The translations under genes were made by a program, and so were the position numbers. Shown piece by piece: positions 20,093 to 29,959 of a stretch of 39,424 bases of DNA. The stretch lies in assembly GCA_044229145.1 (NCBI GenBank), contig JBGATO010000034.1:1-39424 (forward strand). Reading direction: 5' to 3'. Position 1 is the stretch's first letter; every line of letters starts with the position of its first letter. The notes beneath the pieces were generated by a model, which was not told the origin of the DNA, did no database searches, and saw only the letters and a list, made by a program, of their open reading frames with translations. Origin of the DNA: Candidatus Eiseniibacteriota bacterium. Lineage in GTDB: Bacteria; Eisenbacteria; RBG-16-71-46; CAZEPH01.

Positions 20093-21898
20093 ATGGTACG
20101 CATCGGAACCCTCTACGACGTGTGTCTCGCAAACGGCGCCGCCCGCGACGCCAAGACCTGCTACATGGCCAAGGAAGATGGGCGGTGGAAGGAGTACTCC
20201 TACGAGTACTTCCTCGATCGCGTCGAAGCGCTCGGGCTGGCCTTCCACGAAGCCGGCCTGCAGCACGGCGATCGCGTCGCCATCCTGTGCGAGAACCGCC
20301 CGGAGTGGTTCTGGACCGACATGGCGGCGGTGGCCATCGGCCTCGCGTCGGCTCCGATCTATCCGAGCTATCCTGCCAACCGCGTCCAGTCGTTGCTCAA
20401 CGACAGCGGTGCCAAGGCGATCGTGGTCTCCAACACCACCCAGCTGGCGAAGGTGCTGGAAGTGCGCGCGCACTGTCCGGCGCTGACCCACGTGATCGTC
20501 TGCGAGGCAGCGGCGGCACGCGGCCACGACAACGTGCTCGCGATGGAGGAGATGGTGGCGCGGGGCCGCGCCCTGCGCGAGCGCCAGCCGGGATTGCACG
20601 CCGATCTGATCGGCCGCGTCACGCCGGAGGATCTCGCTACCATCATCTACACCTCCGGCACCACCGGCGTCGAAAAGGGCGCCATGCTCACGCACGCCAA
20701 TTTCACGTCCAACGTGAGCGCGGGTCTCAGTCTCATCAAGGTCCTGCCGACCGACTCGTCGCTGTCGTTCCTGCCGCTGTCGCATGTGCTCGAACGCACC
20801 GGCGACTACTACGTGATGCTCGCGGCCCACGCCTGCGTCGCGTTCGCCGAGAGTGTCGACGCGCTGGCCGCCAACATGATGGAAGTGCGGCCGACGCTCC
20901 TCTTCTCCGTGCCGCGCGTGCTGGAGAAGATCAACGCCCGCGTCATGGATACCATTCGCGCCGAAAGTCCGCTGAAGCAGGGCATCTTCTCGTGGGCGAT
21001 GGGTGTCGGAAAGGCGTGCCGCGGCGACGCCACGAAGGGCGGCTTCCAGTACACGCTCGCCAACAAGCTCGTGTTCGGCAAGATCCGCGAGAAAACCGGC
21101 GGCCGCCTGCGCCTCGTGATCTCCGGCGGCGCGCCGCTGTCGAAGGAGATCGGCGAGTTCTTCGAGGCCATCGGTCTGGTGGTGCTCGAAGGCTACGGCC
21201 TCACCGAAACCGCGCCGGTGCTGGCGATCAATACGATCGAGCACCGCAAGTACGGCACCGTCGGCCGTGCGATTCCCGGTGTCGAACTCCGCATCGCCTC
21301 CGACGGCGAAATCCTCGCCAAGGGTCCGAACGTCATGAAGGGCTACTGGCAGAAGCCCGAGGCCACGGCGGAGGCCATCGACGCCGAGGGCTGGTTCCAC
21401 ACCGGCGATGTCGGCCACATCGATGCCGACGGCTTCCTCGCCATCACCGATCGCAAGAAGGACATCCTCATCCTGTCGACGGGGAAGAACGTCGCGCCGC
21501 AAGCGGTGGAGGCGCGCTTCAAGACCAGCGAATGGGTGAACCAGATCCTGGTGCTCGGCGACAAGCAGAAGTACGTCACCGCGCTCATCGTGCCGCAGAT
21601 GGACAAGGTCCGCGAGTTCGCGCAAGCGCACGGGCTGCCGACCAATCCGCCGGAAGCCGCGCTGACGCACCCGACGTTGATAGCCGAGGTCAAGAAGCAC
21701 GTCGACGCGCGCTGCGCCGATCTCGCGCAGTTCGAGCGCATCAAGAAGTTCGCGCTGCTCGGGCGCGAGTTCACCATCGACGACGGTTCGATGACGCCGA
21801 CCCTCAAGCTGCGCCGCCGCCAGATCGTCGAACGCTTCGGCGAGTTGGTGATGCAACTCTACGACGGCAGCGATCCGGATGCCGCGACGCCGCACTAG
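20093..21898 (+). CDS. fadD: Long-chain fatty acid--CoA ligase (AMP-dependent synthetase)
   Basis: AGGAG RBS (alternative ATG at 20087). IYTSGTTG..KGAMLTH, FLPLSH..ER, SGGAPL, EGYGLTET, GWFHTGDVG, DRKKD and TPTLKLRR motifs. Confidence 0.93.
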   Translation: MVRIGTLYDVCLANGAARDAKTCYMAKEDGRWKEYSYEYFLDRVEALGLAFHEAGLQHGDRVAILCENRPEWFWTDMAAVAIGLASAPIYPSYPANRVQSLLNDSGAKAIVVSNTTQLAKVLEVRAHCPALTHVIVCEAAAARGHDNVLAMEEMVARGRALRERQPGLHADLIGRVTPEDLATIIYTSGTTGVEKGAMLTHANFTSNVSAGLSLIKVLPTDSSLSFLPLSHVLERTGDYYVMLAAHACVAFAESVDALAANMMEVRPTLLFSVPRVLEKINARVMDTIRAESPLKQGIFSWAMGVGKACRGDATKGGFQYTLANKLVFGKIREKTGGRLRLVISGGAPLSKEIGEFFEAIGLVVLEGYGLTETAPVLAINTIEHRKYGTVGRAIPGVELRIASDGEILAKGPNVMKGYWQKPEATAEAIDAEGWFHTGDVGHIDADGFLAITDRKKDILILSTGKNVAPQAVEARFKTSEWVNQILVLGDKQKYVTALIVPQMDKVREFAQAHGLPTNPPEAALTHPTLIAEVKKHVDARCADLAQFERIKKFALLGREFTIDDGSMTPTLKLRRRQIVERFGELVMQLYDGSDPDAATPH

Positions 21899-21907
21899 GA
21901 GAGCGGA

Positions 21908-22519
21908 ATGATTCTCGAACAGCTCAAGCTCGGCCCCCTCGACAACTTCGTGTACCTGATCGGCGATCCGGTGACCGCGCAAGGCGCGGTCATCGACCCT
22001 GGCTGGGACATCGACCTCATCGTGCGGCGGGCCGAGGAGCGCGGATTCGAGATCGCGCACGCGTTGGTGACGCATTCGCATCCCGACCACATCCAAGGCG
22101 TCGGCGAGATCGCGCGGCGCTGCGGCGCGCGGGTCGCCATGCACGCCAGCGCTCCACTCGGAAAGGATGACGGCGTCGCCGAGGGCGATGTGCTGCGCAT
22201 CGGCGGGCTGGACGTGCGCGTGCTGCACACGCCGGGACATCTCACCGACAGCGTGTGCTACGTCGTCGAGGGACACATCTTCACCGGCGATACGCTGTTC
22301 GTCGGCGAATGCGGCCGCACCGACTTTGCCGGCGGCTCCAGCGAGGTGATGTGGGAATCGCTGATGCGGCTGCGCGACCTCGATCCGTCGCTGGTGGTGT
22401 GCAGCGGTCACGACTACGGCACGACACCGCTGTCGACGATCGGCGACGAACGCCGCACCAACTACACGTTGGCCGATCGCACGCGCGAGGAGTTCGTGCG
22501 ATTCATGCGCGAGCCGTGA
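21908..22519 (+). CDS. Metallo-beta-lactamase-fold hydrolase (glyoxalase II-like)
   Basis: THSHPDH, HTPGH, FTGDTLFVGECGRTD and GHDY motifs. Confidence 0.9.
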   Translation: MILEQLKLGPLDNFVYLIGDPVTAQGAVIDPGWDIDLIVRRAEERGFEIAHALVTHSHPDHIQGVGEIARRCGARVAMHASAPLGKDDGVAEGDVLRIGGLDVRVLHTPGHLTDSVCYVVEGHIFTGDTLFVGECGRTDFAGGSSEVMWESLMRLRDLDPSLVVCSGHDYGTTPLSTIGDERRTNYTLADRTREEFVRFMREP

Positions 22520-23301
22520 GCGACGCCGCCGCGCGTTCGCAAAAGGACGAAGTGCGGGCGATGTTCGGCCGCATCGCCGATGGCTACACGGCGCTGAAGG
22601 AGCGCAACGATCGCGAGTCGCACGAACGTCTGCTCCACGCCGCGGCGCCGCGGCCGGGCGAGACGTGTCTCGACATGGGAGCCGGCCCCGGCTTCGTGAG
22701 CGCCATGGTCGCGGCGCGGGGCGCGTTCACCCTTGCCAGCGATCTGACTCCGCGGTTTCTCGCCAAGGCCGCGGAACGCGCGCGAACCGTGCCGCACGGC
22801 CGGCTGGTGTGTGTGGCCGCGGACGCCGAGGCGTTGCCGCTGCCGGATGCCTCCATCGATCTGGTGATCAGCCACAAGGCGCTCCACCACTTCGGCGACG
22901 CGCCGCACGTGTTGGGCGAGGCACGGCGCGTCCTGCGTCCGGGAGGACGCATCGCCACCTCGGACACGCTCTCCGCCGATGACATCACCCGCGCCACCGC
23001 GCACAATCATGTCGAACGCGTTCGCGATCCGTCGCACGTCTGGATGTACGGCATCGAGGCGTTGCGCGTGTTGCACGAGGCGGCGGGCTTTACCGTCGAC
23101 GAGATCGTGCTCTACGGCGACGAGCAGCCGGTCGAGTGGTGGCTCGCGGTGGCCCATCCGCCCGACGACGTGCGCGCCGAAGTCGTGCGCCTCCTCCGCC
23201 AGTCGATGGCCGAGGGCGACAGCAGTGGCATGGGGATTTCGGAGCGCGAAGGCGCACTCTGGTTTCAGCGACGCGAAGCAGTCGTCATCGCCCGGCGGTG
23301 A
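22516..23301 (+). CDS. Class I SAM-dependent methyltransferase (UbiE-like)
   Basis: GTGA overlap with the MBL gene. LDMGAGPG, ADAEALPLPDASIDLV, ALHHF, RVLRPGG and RDPSH motifs. Confidence 0.88.
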   Translation: MSDAAARSQKDEVRAMFGRIADGYTALKERNDRESHERLLHAAAPRPGETCLDMGAGPGFVSAMVAARGAFTLASDLTPRFLAKAAERARTVPHGRLVCVAADAEALPLPDASIDLVISHKALHHFGDAPHVLGEARRVLRPGGRIATSDTLSADDITRATAHNHVERVRDPSHVWMYGIEALRVLHEAAGFTVDEIVLYGDEQPVEWWLAVAHPPDDVRAEVVRLLRQSMAEGDSSGMGISEREGALWFQRREAVVIARR

Positions 23302-23327
23302 GCCGGGCCAGCAGGAGGAGTCGTGCA

Positions 23328-23903
23328 ATGCGCGTGAGAGGGCTCAGTGTGGTCGCGGCGTTCTGCCTGGCGGTGTGGTGCGATCCGGCGGCTGCGGCCC
23401 GCACGATCGGATTCGCCGGCGTCGGATTCGGCGCGCCGGACGAGGGCGAGCCGCAAGGGTCTGTCAACTTCACCGCCGGCGTGATGCGGCAACTGCCGGG
23501 GCAGCGCGAAGCCATCGGTCTCGAGGTGAGCTATCAGGACTTCGGCGACGATCACTCGTGGCAGTCCGGTCAGTCGGTCATCCCGGTGACGATGCAGGTC
23601 TACTCGCCGATCGGCGTGAACCGGCACCGCATGGCGTATCTGACGGTCGGCGGGGGCGCGTACGTGTGGCACCACGAGTACCCCGTCTACACGCTCTTCC
23701 AGCCGGCGGTCGCGGATGGCTTCGCCCCCGGTCCGTACACGATGTCCGACGACCACGTGAGCGGCGGGTTCAACGCAGGCGTCGGCATCAAGTCGCGTAC
23801 GCGGCGCGGCACGCCGTCGGTCGGCGTCGACCTGCGCTATCACGGGCTGTGGCCGCACGGCTATCTGGGATTGTGGACGGCGGGCGCGCGGCTCTACTTC
23901 TAA
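23328..23903 (+). CDS. Small outer-membrane beta-barrel protein
   Basis: ATG after GGAGGAG. Signal peptide, amphipathic beta strands (YLTVGGGAY, GFNAGVGI, GVDLRYH) and a C-terminal GARLYF BAM-type signal. Confidence 0.75.
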   Translation: MRVRGLSVVAAFCLAVWCDPAAAARTIGFAGVGFGAPDEGEPQGSVNFTAGVMRQLPGQREAIGLEVSYQDFGDDHSWQSGQSVIPVTMQVYSPIGVNRHRMAYLTVGGGAYVWHHEYPVYTLFQPAVADGFAPGPYTMSDDHVSGGFNAGVGIKSRTRRGTPSVGVDLRYHGLWPHGYLGLWTAGARLYF

Positions 23904-23909
23904 ACGCGA

Positions 23910-23939
23910 ACGGCACGCCCGGTGACCCGAGCGTGCCGT
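23910..23939. terminator. Hairpin between the convergent OMP gene and fabI
   Basis: acggcacgc...gcgtgccgt 9-bp outer stem with an inner cgg/ccg stem. Confidence 0.5.
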
Positions 23940-23961
23940 CGTGCGCACGGCGCGAGGGGCG

Positions 23962-24741
23962 CTACACGCCCATGATGTGATAGCCGGCGTCGACGTGCAG
24001 CGTTTCGCCGGTGATGCCGCTCGCCATGTCGGAGAGCAGGAAGAGCGTGGCCTTGCCGACTTCTTCCTTGTGAATGTTGCGGTGGAGCGGCGCGCGGTAG
24101 CGGTGGTGGGAGAGCGCGTGACCGAAACCGCTGATGCCGGCGCTCGCCAGCGTCTTGACCGGACCGGCGCTGACCGCGTTGACGCGGATGTGATCGTGGC
24201 CGAACTCGAACGCCAGCTGCCGCACGTGGTGCTCGAGCGCCGCCTTCGCCGCGCCCATCACGTTGTAATTCGGGAACACCTTTTCCGCGGCGAGGAACGA
24301 CATCGTCACCATCGCCGCGCCTTCCTTCATGAACGGCTTGAGCGCACGCGCCATCGCCACGAAGCTGTACGCGCTGATGTCCATCGCCACGCGGTAGCCC
24401 TCGCGTGTCGTCTGCGACATCGCGCCGGACTCGAGATCCTCCTTGTTGGCGAAGGCGATCGAGTGGACGAACATGTCGATCGTCCCGCCGGCCTGCTCGG
24501 CGACGGTGGCGATGGCGGCGTCGATCTGCGCGTCCTCGGTCACGTCGCACGGAACGAGGATGGTGCCCGGCATGTCCGCGGTCAGTTTCTCCACGCTCTC
24601 CTTGAGGCGCTCGCCCTGGTAGGTGAGGGCGAGCCGCGCGCCGGCGTCGCGCAACGACTGCGCGGCGCCCCAAGCGAGGCTGCGGTGATTGGCGACACCC
24701 GCGACCAGCGCGGTCTTGCCGGTGAGATCGATTCCGTACAC
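23962..24741 (-). CDS. fabI: Enoyl-ACP reductase
   Basis: GTG at 24741 with AAGGAG RBS. GVANHRSLAWG, HSIAFA, DISAYSF, YNVMGAAKAALE, RVNAVSAGPVKTLA and ITGETLHVDAGYH motifs. Confidence 0.95.
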   Translation of the reverse strand: MYGIDLTGKTALVAGVANHRSLAWGAAQSLRDAGARLALTYQGERLKESVEKLTADMPGTILVPCDVTEDAQIDAAIATVAEQAGGTIDMFVHSIAFANKEDLESGAMSQTTREGYRVAMDISAYSFVAMARALKPFMKEGAAMVTMSFLAAEKVFPNYNVMGAAKAALEHHVRQLAFEFGHDHIRVNAVSAGPVKTLASAGISGFGHALSHHRYRAPLHRNIHKEEVGKATLFLLSDMASGITGETLHVDAGYHIMGV

Positions 24742-24799
24742 GAGGGTTCTCCTTGGGTCCGCGTGGCCGCCGGGACACCCGACAGCGTGAGACGCCGGG

Positions 24800-24828
24800 A
24801 CCGTACCCGCCGCGGCGCGGCGGGTCAA
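24800..24828 (-). promoter_or_regulatory. Sigma-70-type promoter for fabI
   Basis: TTGACC-N17-TACGGT on the minus strand. Confidence 0.5.
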
Positions 24829-24864
24829 CCCATCTAAGGCGTGCCTAAGTCGAGTGAGGGGCGC

Positions 24865-25440
24865 CTAACAACATGCCTGGAGCCAGAGCGCGGCTGCGGC
24901 GCGGTTGTCCGCGAACGGCGTGTTGCCGACATACAATTGCGTCCCGAACACCCAGGTCGGCGCGAGCTGCACGCCGAGCACTTCGGCATCACGGTCGGCG
25001 GTCCGCAGCGCATCGGCGCCGTGGTCGCGGTCGAGCGCGCGGCGGAACGCCCCGGCGTCGAGCCCCACATCACCGGCGATGACGGTCAGAGTGTGGATGT
25101 CGCCGATATCGCGCCGCTCGCGCCAGTGCGCGGCGAAGACGGCATCGCGATACGCCTCGCCGAACCCTGCCTCCTCGGCGAACACCGAGCCGAGCAGCGC
25201 GCAGCGTGAGTTGGCGCGCACCGCCGGTGGCTGAATGGGGAGTTCGATCTCGGTGGCCAGCGCCTGCACGCGCTCGCTGACCGTGGTCGCGGTGTGGCGT
25301 TGCGATGGCCGTGTGGTCGCCGGATACAACTCCCACGGCCGCCATCGCACCTCCAATCCGAATTCGCGCCGCAGCAATCGCGCCCGTGCCGAGGCGATGT
25401 ACACATACGGACACACGAAGTCGAAGAACACATCGACCAT
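24865..25440 (-). CDS. DsbA/FrnE-like thioredoxin-fold protein (single-Cys CPYV motif)
   Basis: VDVFFDFVCPYVY, VRWRPWEL, VFAAHW...DIGD and GV..APTW motifs. Start is ATG 25440 or GTG 25443. Confidence 0.8.
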   Translation of the reverse strand: MVDVFFDFVCPYVYIASARARLLRREFGLEVRWRPWELYPATTRPSQRHTATTVSERVQALATEIELPIQPPAVRANSRCALLGSVFAEEAGFGEAYRDAVFAAHWRERRDIGDIHTLTVIAGDVGLDAGAFRRALDRDHGADALRTADRDAEVLGVQLAPTWVFGTQLYVGNTPFADNRAAAALWLQACC

Positions 25441-25480
25441 CACGACAGGGACGTCCTTTCCCGAACGCGGCACGCCGCGA

Positions 25481-26200
25481 TTAGAGGTGGCGCAACTCGC
25501 TCGTTGCGTCGGCGCCGTCCGGCGGCAGCGGATGCTCGTGATGCCACGCCTGCTGCAGGATCTCCGCCGCCACGCCTCGGCCTCCGAGCCCGAACGCCAA
25601 CGCCAGCGCCAACACGACACCGCCGAACAGGATCGAGAACGCGTCGCGCACCACGTCAGGCGCCAGGCCGAGATGCTCGAGCGCGAGCGCCGTCGAGAAC
25701 AACACGATCAGCCCTTCGACGCCCGCCGCGATCCACCGCGCCGCGCGCAGGTGCGCGTTCGCCGCGGCGATCAGGGCCGCGCGTCCGAAGAACCGGCTCA
25801 CGATGTATCCGCCCGCCGCGATCAACAGGGCGACCACCAAGCGCTCGAGGAAGGTCACCGACGCGTCCACCGCGTTGTCGACCTGCGCGACCTGCAATGC
25901 GGTGAGCCCTTGCAGCACGCCGCCCGCGAGCACCAGCCCCGACGCCATCGACGCGACCGCGTCGGTCGGCGTGATCTCGCTGCCGCCCTGGCGCACCAGA
26001 CGCGTGAGGCCCCAGCGGTGCGCCGTGACGTCGAAGTCCACGCGGCGCAATAGCGCGCGCATCAGCCAGCGCACGATGCGCGCCGCCAGCACGCCGAGCA
26101 CCACGAACACGACGCACGCCACCGCACGCGGCGCCAGGCCGAGCGCCGCGTCGACCCAGGTGCGGAACGTCTCCGCCAATCCCTGCAGGAAGACTTCCAT
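25481..26200 (-). CDS. CmpX-like mechanosensitive-channel-associated TM-helix protein
   Basis: Multiple TM segments, repeated P/L..V.A.....G..... TM_helix pattern, ALEHLGLA and LALALAFGLGGR motifs. GAGGA RBS. Confidence 0.78.
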   Translation of the reverse strand: MEVFLQGLAETFRTWVDAALGLAPRAVACVVFVVLGVLAARIVRWLMRALLRRVDFDVTAHRWGLTRLVRQGGSEITPTDAVASMASGLVLAGGVLQGLTALQVAQVDNAVDASVTFLERLVVALLIAAGGYIVSRFFGRAALIAAANAHLRAARWIAAGVEGLIVLFSTALALEHLGLAPDVVRDAFSILFGGVVLALALAFGLGGRGVAAEILQQAWHHEHPLPPDGADATSELRHL

Positions 26201-26232
26201 CGCTCACATCCTCCCTTGGCGCGGGGCCGCGC

Positions 26233-27498
26233 TCAGCGTTGCCACTCGCGTTCGAGGCCGGGCTTGCCGGCGGCAAACGCATCGGCGAGTCCGCGCACGC
26301 CGGCCTCGACTTGATCCGCGTCCCAGTCGGCGCTTTCGAGCAGATACGATCCGACTTTGCCCATGTACAGCGGCGTCAGCGAGCGCAGCAAGTGCTCGCG
26401 CGGCATCACGCGCCGATGATACGCCGCCGCGAATTGCGCCACGACCCGCACCCACAGCTCGTCGGGGAAGCGGAAGGTCACGGTCTTGAGATGCGACAGC
26501 GCGCCGAGCGCCCGCATGGTGTCGGGCGACAAGATCTCGCGCCACACCGGCGGCAGCACGTTCTGCCCGTAGCGGAACGCGTTGATGATCCGCTCGACGT
26601 TGACGTTGATCGGATCGACGCTCACCGCGTACTCGAAGCCGTACGCCGGCACGGTGCGCACGCCGCGCTGCCCGAGCCACACCGCGGTGAGCTCCTCCAT
26701 CAGCGCGAACACCGGCCCGACGGTTTCGACCACGAGATCGCCCGGATCCACCGGCTTGGCCGACGGCGCGTGGATCTTCGCCCCGAGGAACGACTGCGCG
26801 GGCTTCCAGCCGTCGGCGAGCGCATGTGTCACCAGCCACACGTCGATCGCGTAGCGCGACACGTCGGTTTCCCACACGTCCTGCGCGAGCAGATCGGGAA
26901 TCCGCGCGCCGGACAGCGCGATGTCGCCGCCGGTCACCTGCCGCACGTCGACACCGTACAACCCGCGCGTCAGCGGATAGAGCAGCAGCGTGTTGAGCAA
27001 CCCGTCGTACTTGTGGCGCGCGTAACGGGGGAGCACGAGGTCGATCTCGTCGTGCAGTACCGGATGGAGCAGCGATTCGATCCACTCCGGCGTGATGCTG
27101 CGCGTGTCGGCGTCGACGATCGCGACGGCGCGCGCGCCGAGCCGCTGCGCGGTGTCGAGGATCGTGCGGAAGGCGTTGCCGCGGGCGGGCACGCCGTCGT
27201 ACGACGTGACGATGCGGTGCACCGGATACAGCGGATGCTGCACGAAGACGGTGTGGAGATCGCCGGTATCGGTGTCTTGCGCGCGCTCCGGCGTGCCGTC
27301 GGTGGAGCCGCCGTCGGAGTTGAGCACGACCGAGGTGAGGCCGGGGAAGTACTTCTGCACGCCGGCGCTGACCGCGCGCAGCACGTGCGCGATCGACCCC
27401 GCGTTGTTGAAGGAGGGGATGCCGACCACGATGTCGGCGCGCCCGATCTCTCCCAGACGGGAGACGAGTGCGGGGCGAAGGACCGCCGGATTGGGCAT
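26233..27498 (-). CDS. GT-A glycosyltransferase, glucosylglycerate/mannosylglycerate synthase-like
   Basis: ATG at 27498 after AGGAGGTG. ADIVVGIPSFNN, NSDGGSTDGT, DAD.RSITPEW, P.Y.RHKYDG, YG..VRQ..GGD, WETDV.RYAID.W and LTPLY.GKV motifs. Confidence 0.8.
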   Translation of the reverse strand: MPNPAVLRPALVSRLGEIGRADIVVGIPSFNNAGSIAHVLRAVSAGVQKYFPGLTSVVLNSDGGSTDGTPERAQDTDTGDLHTVFVQHPLYPVHRIVTSYDGVPARGNAFRTILDTAQRLGARAVAIVDADTRSITPEWIESLLHPVLHDEIDLVLPRYARHKYDGLLNTLLLYPLTRGLYGVDVRQVTGGDIALSGARIPDLLAQDVWETDVSRYAIDVWLVTHALADGWKPAQSFLGAKIHAPSAKPVDPGDLVVETVGPVFALMEELTAVWLGQRGVRTVPAYGFEYAVSVDPINVNVERIINAFRYGQNVLPPVWREILSPDTMRALGALSHLKTVTFRFPDELWVRVVAQFAAAYHRRVMPREHLLRSLTPLYMGKVGSYLLESADWDADQVEAGVRGLADAFAAGKPGLEREWQR

Positions 27499-27644
27499 GG
27501 CGGGACGTGCACCTCCTGTGTCACGCGCGCTCGGGACGCCGGGATGGCGGGCGAGCGCGCGGAGCCTAACAAACGGGACGCCGGCACGCCAGGCACGCCG
27601 CCGCGCCGCAGCGCGCCGTCCGCCGGCCTCCGGCACGGCTCAGA

Positions 27645-27674
27645 TTGACGGCCGGGGGGCGATGTGCCTAGCAT
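27645..27674 (+). promoter_or_regulatory. Sigma-70-type promoter for the secreted hypothetical gene
   Basis: TTGACG-N18-TAGCAT. Confidence 0.4.
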
Positions 27675-27744
27675 CGGTCGAGCAGTTATCGGCGCCTGGC
27701 GCCTGAACAACAGACAAGGTCCTTCGGCCGGAGGGAACCTGATC

Positions 27745-28389
27745 ATGACGACGCAGAACCCGTGGCGGCTCCTCGCCACATTGAGCGAAGTCGTAGTGGC
27801 CGCCTGTCTGCTCCTCACTCCACCGCTCGCGTGGGCGCAAAATCCCGCGGGCGATGCGCCTGACAAGAGCGCGACCCGCGGCATCTCCTCGACGACGGGC
27901 CCCTCCTACGCGGGTGGCGACAGCTACTCGCGCACCGCTCCCACCCGGTGGGCCGACGCCCTCTACGACGACATCCTGCCGAACAAGCCCGAACTGATCC
28001 CGGTGGCGAACGGCCGCGGCAAAAAGCCCCACGACTTCGTCAAACTCCTCCCGACACCCGCGGCCGTGTTCCGCCTCACCTCACCGGGCGAGACGGTGCT
28101 CCGCCTCAGCCTCAGTGCGTTGGCGCATGCCGACAAACTCGATGATCCGACGTTGGCCGTGGACGCCCGTGTCGATGGCGGCCCCGTGACCAACATGACC
28201 TTCAAGGCGAAGAAGTTCAAATCCGTGATCGCGGGCACCGACAGCACGTGCTGGATGTCCGAGGCGCAGGATCTCTACCTGCCGCTGGCCGAAGGTGCCC
28301 ATGTGGTCGAGATCGTCGACGCGCAGCGCAACGCGGCGGTCACGGTACTCGGCACGTTCGCGGTGCCGAGCGGCACGCCGCCGCGCTAG
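27745..28389 (+). CDS. Hypothetical secreted protein
   Basis: ATG at 27745 after GGAGGG. Signal peptide ending LAWA/QNP, host-like codon usage and a beta-rich mature part. No family recognised. Confidence 0.7.
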   Translation: MTTQNPWRLLATLSEVVVAACLLLTPPLAWAQNPAGDAPDKSATRGISSTTGPSYAGGDSYSRTAPTRWADALYDDILPNKPELIPVANGRGKKPHDFVKLLPTPAAVFRLTSPGETVLRLSLSALAHADKLDDPTLAVDARVDGGPVTNMTFKAKKFKSVIAGTDSTCWMSEAQDLYLPLAEGAHVVEIVDAQRNAAVTVLGTFAVPSGTPPR

Positions 28390-28396
28390 TCCCGGA

Positions 28397-28433
28397 CGAG
28401 GGCGGCGCCGCGCACACCGCCGCGCCGCCCTCG
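28397..28433. terminator. Hairpin between convergent genes
   Basis: cgagggcggcgc-N13-gcgccgccctcg 12-bp perfect stem. Confidence 0.5.
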
Positions 28434-28434
28434 C

Positions 28435-29959
28435 TCACATCGCCCGGTCGAGGACCTTGCGCACCACGCCACCGGGCATGAGTTCGCGCAGCCGCGCCTT
28501 CTCTTCCGCCGTCAGCACGCGGAAGGCGCGGATCAACACGCCGTAAAGCAGCAACCCGCCGCCGCCCCCCGCCATCACCCACACCGCCGGGGGCAACTGC
28601 ACCACGCGTTGCAGACCGAGCAAGACGGCGGCGGTCACGACGGCGGCGAGCGGCGCGCGGATCTGGATCAGCGACCGCACGTGCAGCCGCAACGTGCGCC
28701 GCGCGATCAGCAGCGTGTACAGCGCCGTCGATGCTCGCCAGGACTTGCGCCTCGGCCAAGCCGCCCAGGCCACCGCGCTGCAAGAGCAGCCAGCCCGCTC
28801 CGGCGAACACGAACGTCCACAAGACATCGCCCACCACCGTGGGCCACATGACGTCCACCGCGCGCAGCGCCGTCGTGGCCGGCGTGTAGAGCGCCGAGAG
28901 CGGCAGCACCAGGGCGAGGACCATGAGCACGCGCGCCGCATCGTCGTAGGCGCTCGACGCCAGCGTGGCGACCACCGCATGCGCGAACGCCGTCGCCAAC
29001 GCCCAGAGCGCGAGCGCCACCATCATCTGTAGCTTGGTCACCAGCGTGAGGTCGCGGACCGCGATGTCGGGATCGCCGCGTTCCCAGACGCGGGTGAACT
29101 CCGGCCCGACCGCGGCGAGCGGCAAGTAGAGGAGCCGCCGCCCGTAGTAGACGATCTTCGCGGCGAAGTGGAAGTTCGCCACCGAGGCGTAGCCGCCGCC
29201 GGGCGCCGAGCCGACCAGCGGCTTGTCGACGTTCTCCATTACGACGCCGAGCAGGCTCATCACCATCGCGCCACCGGCATAGCGGCCGACTTCGCCCCAC
29301 GGCACGGCCCCTGCACCCTCGGCGCCGGCGAAGCCGCGCCGCCACAGCACCACGTGCAAGCCGGCCACCGCGATCAATTGCGCGACGATTTCGACCAGCA
29401 GGGTCAGGCGCGGGGTGAGCTGGTCGCGCAGCAGGAACAGGGTGGCGGTGGCGGCCGCGAGCCACGCGATGTCGGAGACCGATGGGGGCACCATGTCGCG
29501 CAGGCCGTAGAACGCCGCGCCGGTGACCGTGCGCAACGATCCGACGACACCGAACGCGACGCCGAACAACACGAGGTCGGCGGGAAGCGGCTGTTCCGCG
29601 AAGAGTCCGCCGAGCGTGCGGCCGAAGAGCGCGGCGATCGCAACGAGCAATGACCGCTGAAGTGACGCGAAGAACGCCGCGCCGAGATGACACCTGCGTG
29701 ACGCGCCGCGCCGCGCGCGCGTCGCCGCGTGCGTCGAGCGCCGCCGGGGATGAGCGTGCGAAAGGCCACCGCGAGGTCCGAGCCTGCAGCCGATCCTTGA
29801 GCACAAGCACCGCGCCCGCCGCCGCGTACAAGCCGAACGTCGCCGGGGCGAAGACGTGCGTGAGGATCTTGACCTGCGCGAACGACAGCGCCGCATCAAC
29901 ACGGGGAGGTGAGCCATGACCGCTGCGTTGCGAGGCAACGTGCGGATCAGCGTGGTCAC
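28435..29959 (-). pseudogene. Wzx/MOP-like oligosaccharide flippase, multiply frameshifted
   Basis: Pieces lie in different frames: VTTLIRTLPRNAAVM / LSFAQVKILTHVFAPATFGLY / ...ENVDKPLVG...YASVANFHFAAKI...YDDAARVLMVLAL / ALYTLLIARR...FRVLTAEEK. Shifts near 29900, 29790-29690 and 28735. Confidence 0.65.

Noticed and set aside
21908..22519. Beta-lactamase resistance gene
   Set aside because: No signal peptide, and the motifs (GRTD, GHDY) fit glyoxalase II/ETHE1-like hydrolases.
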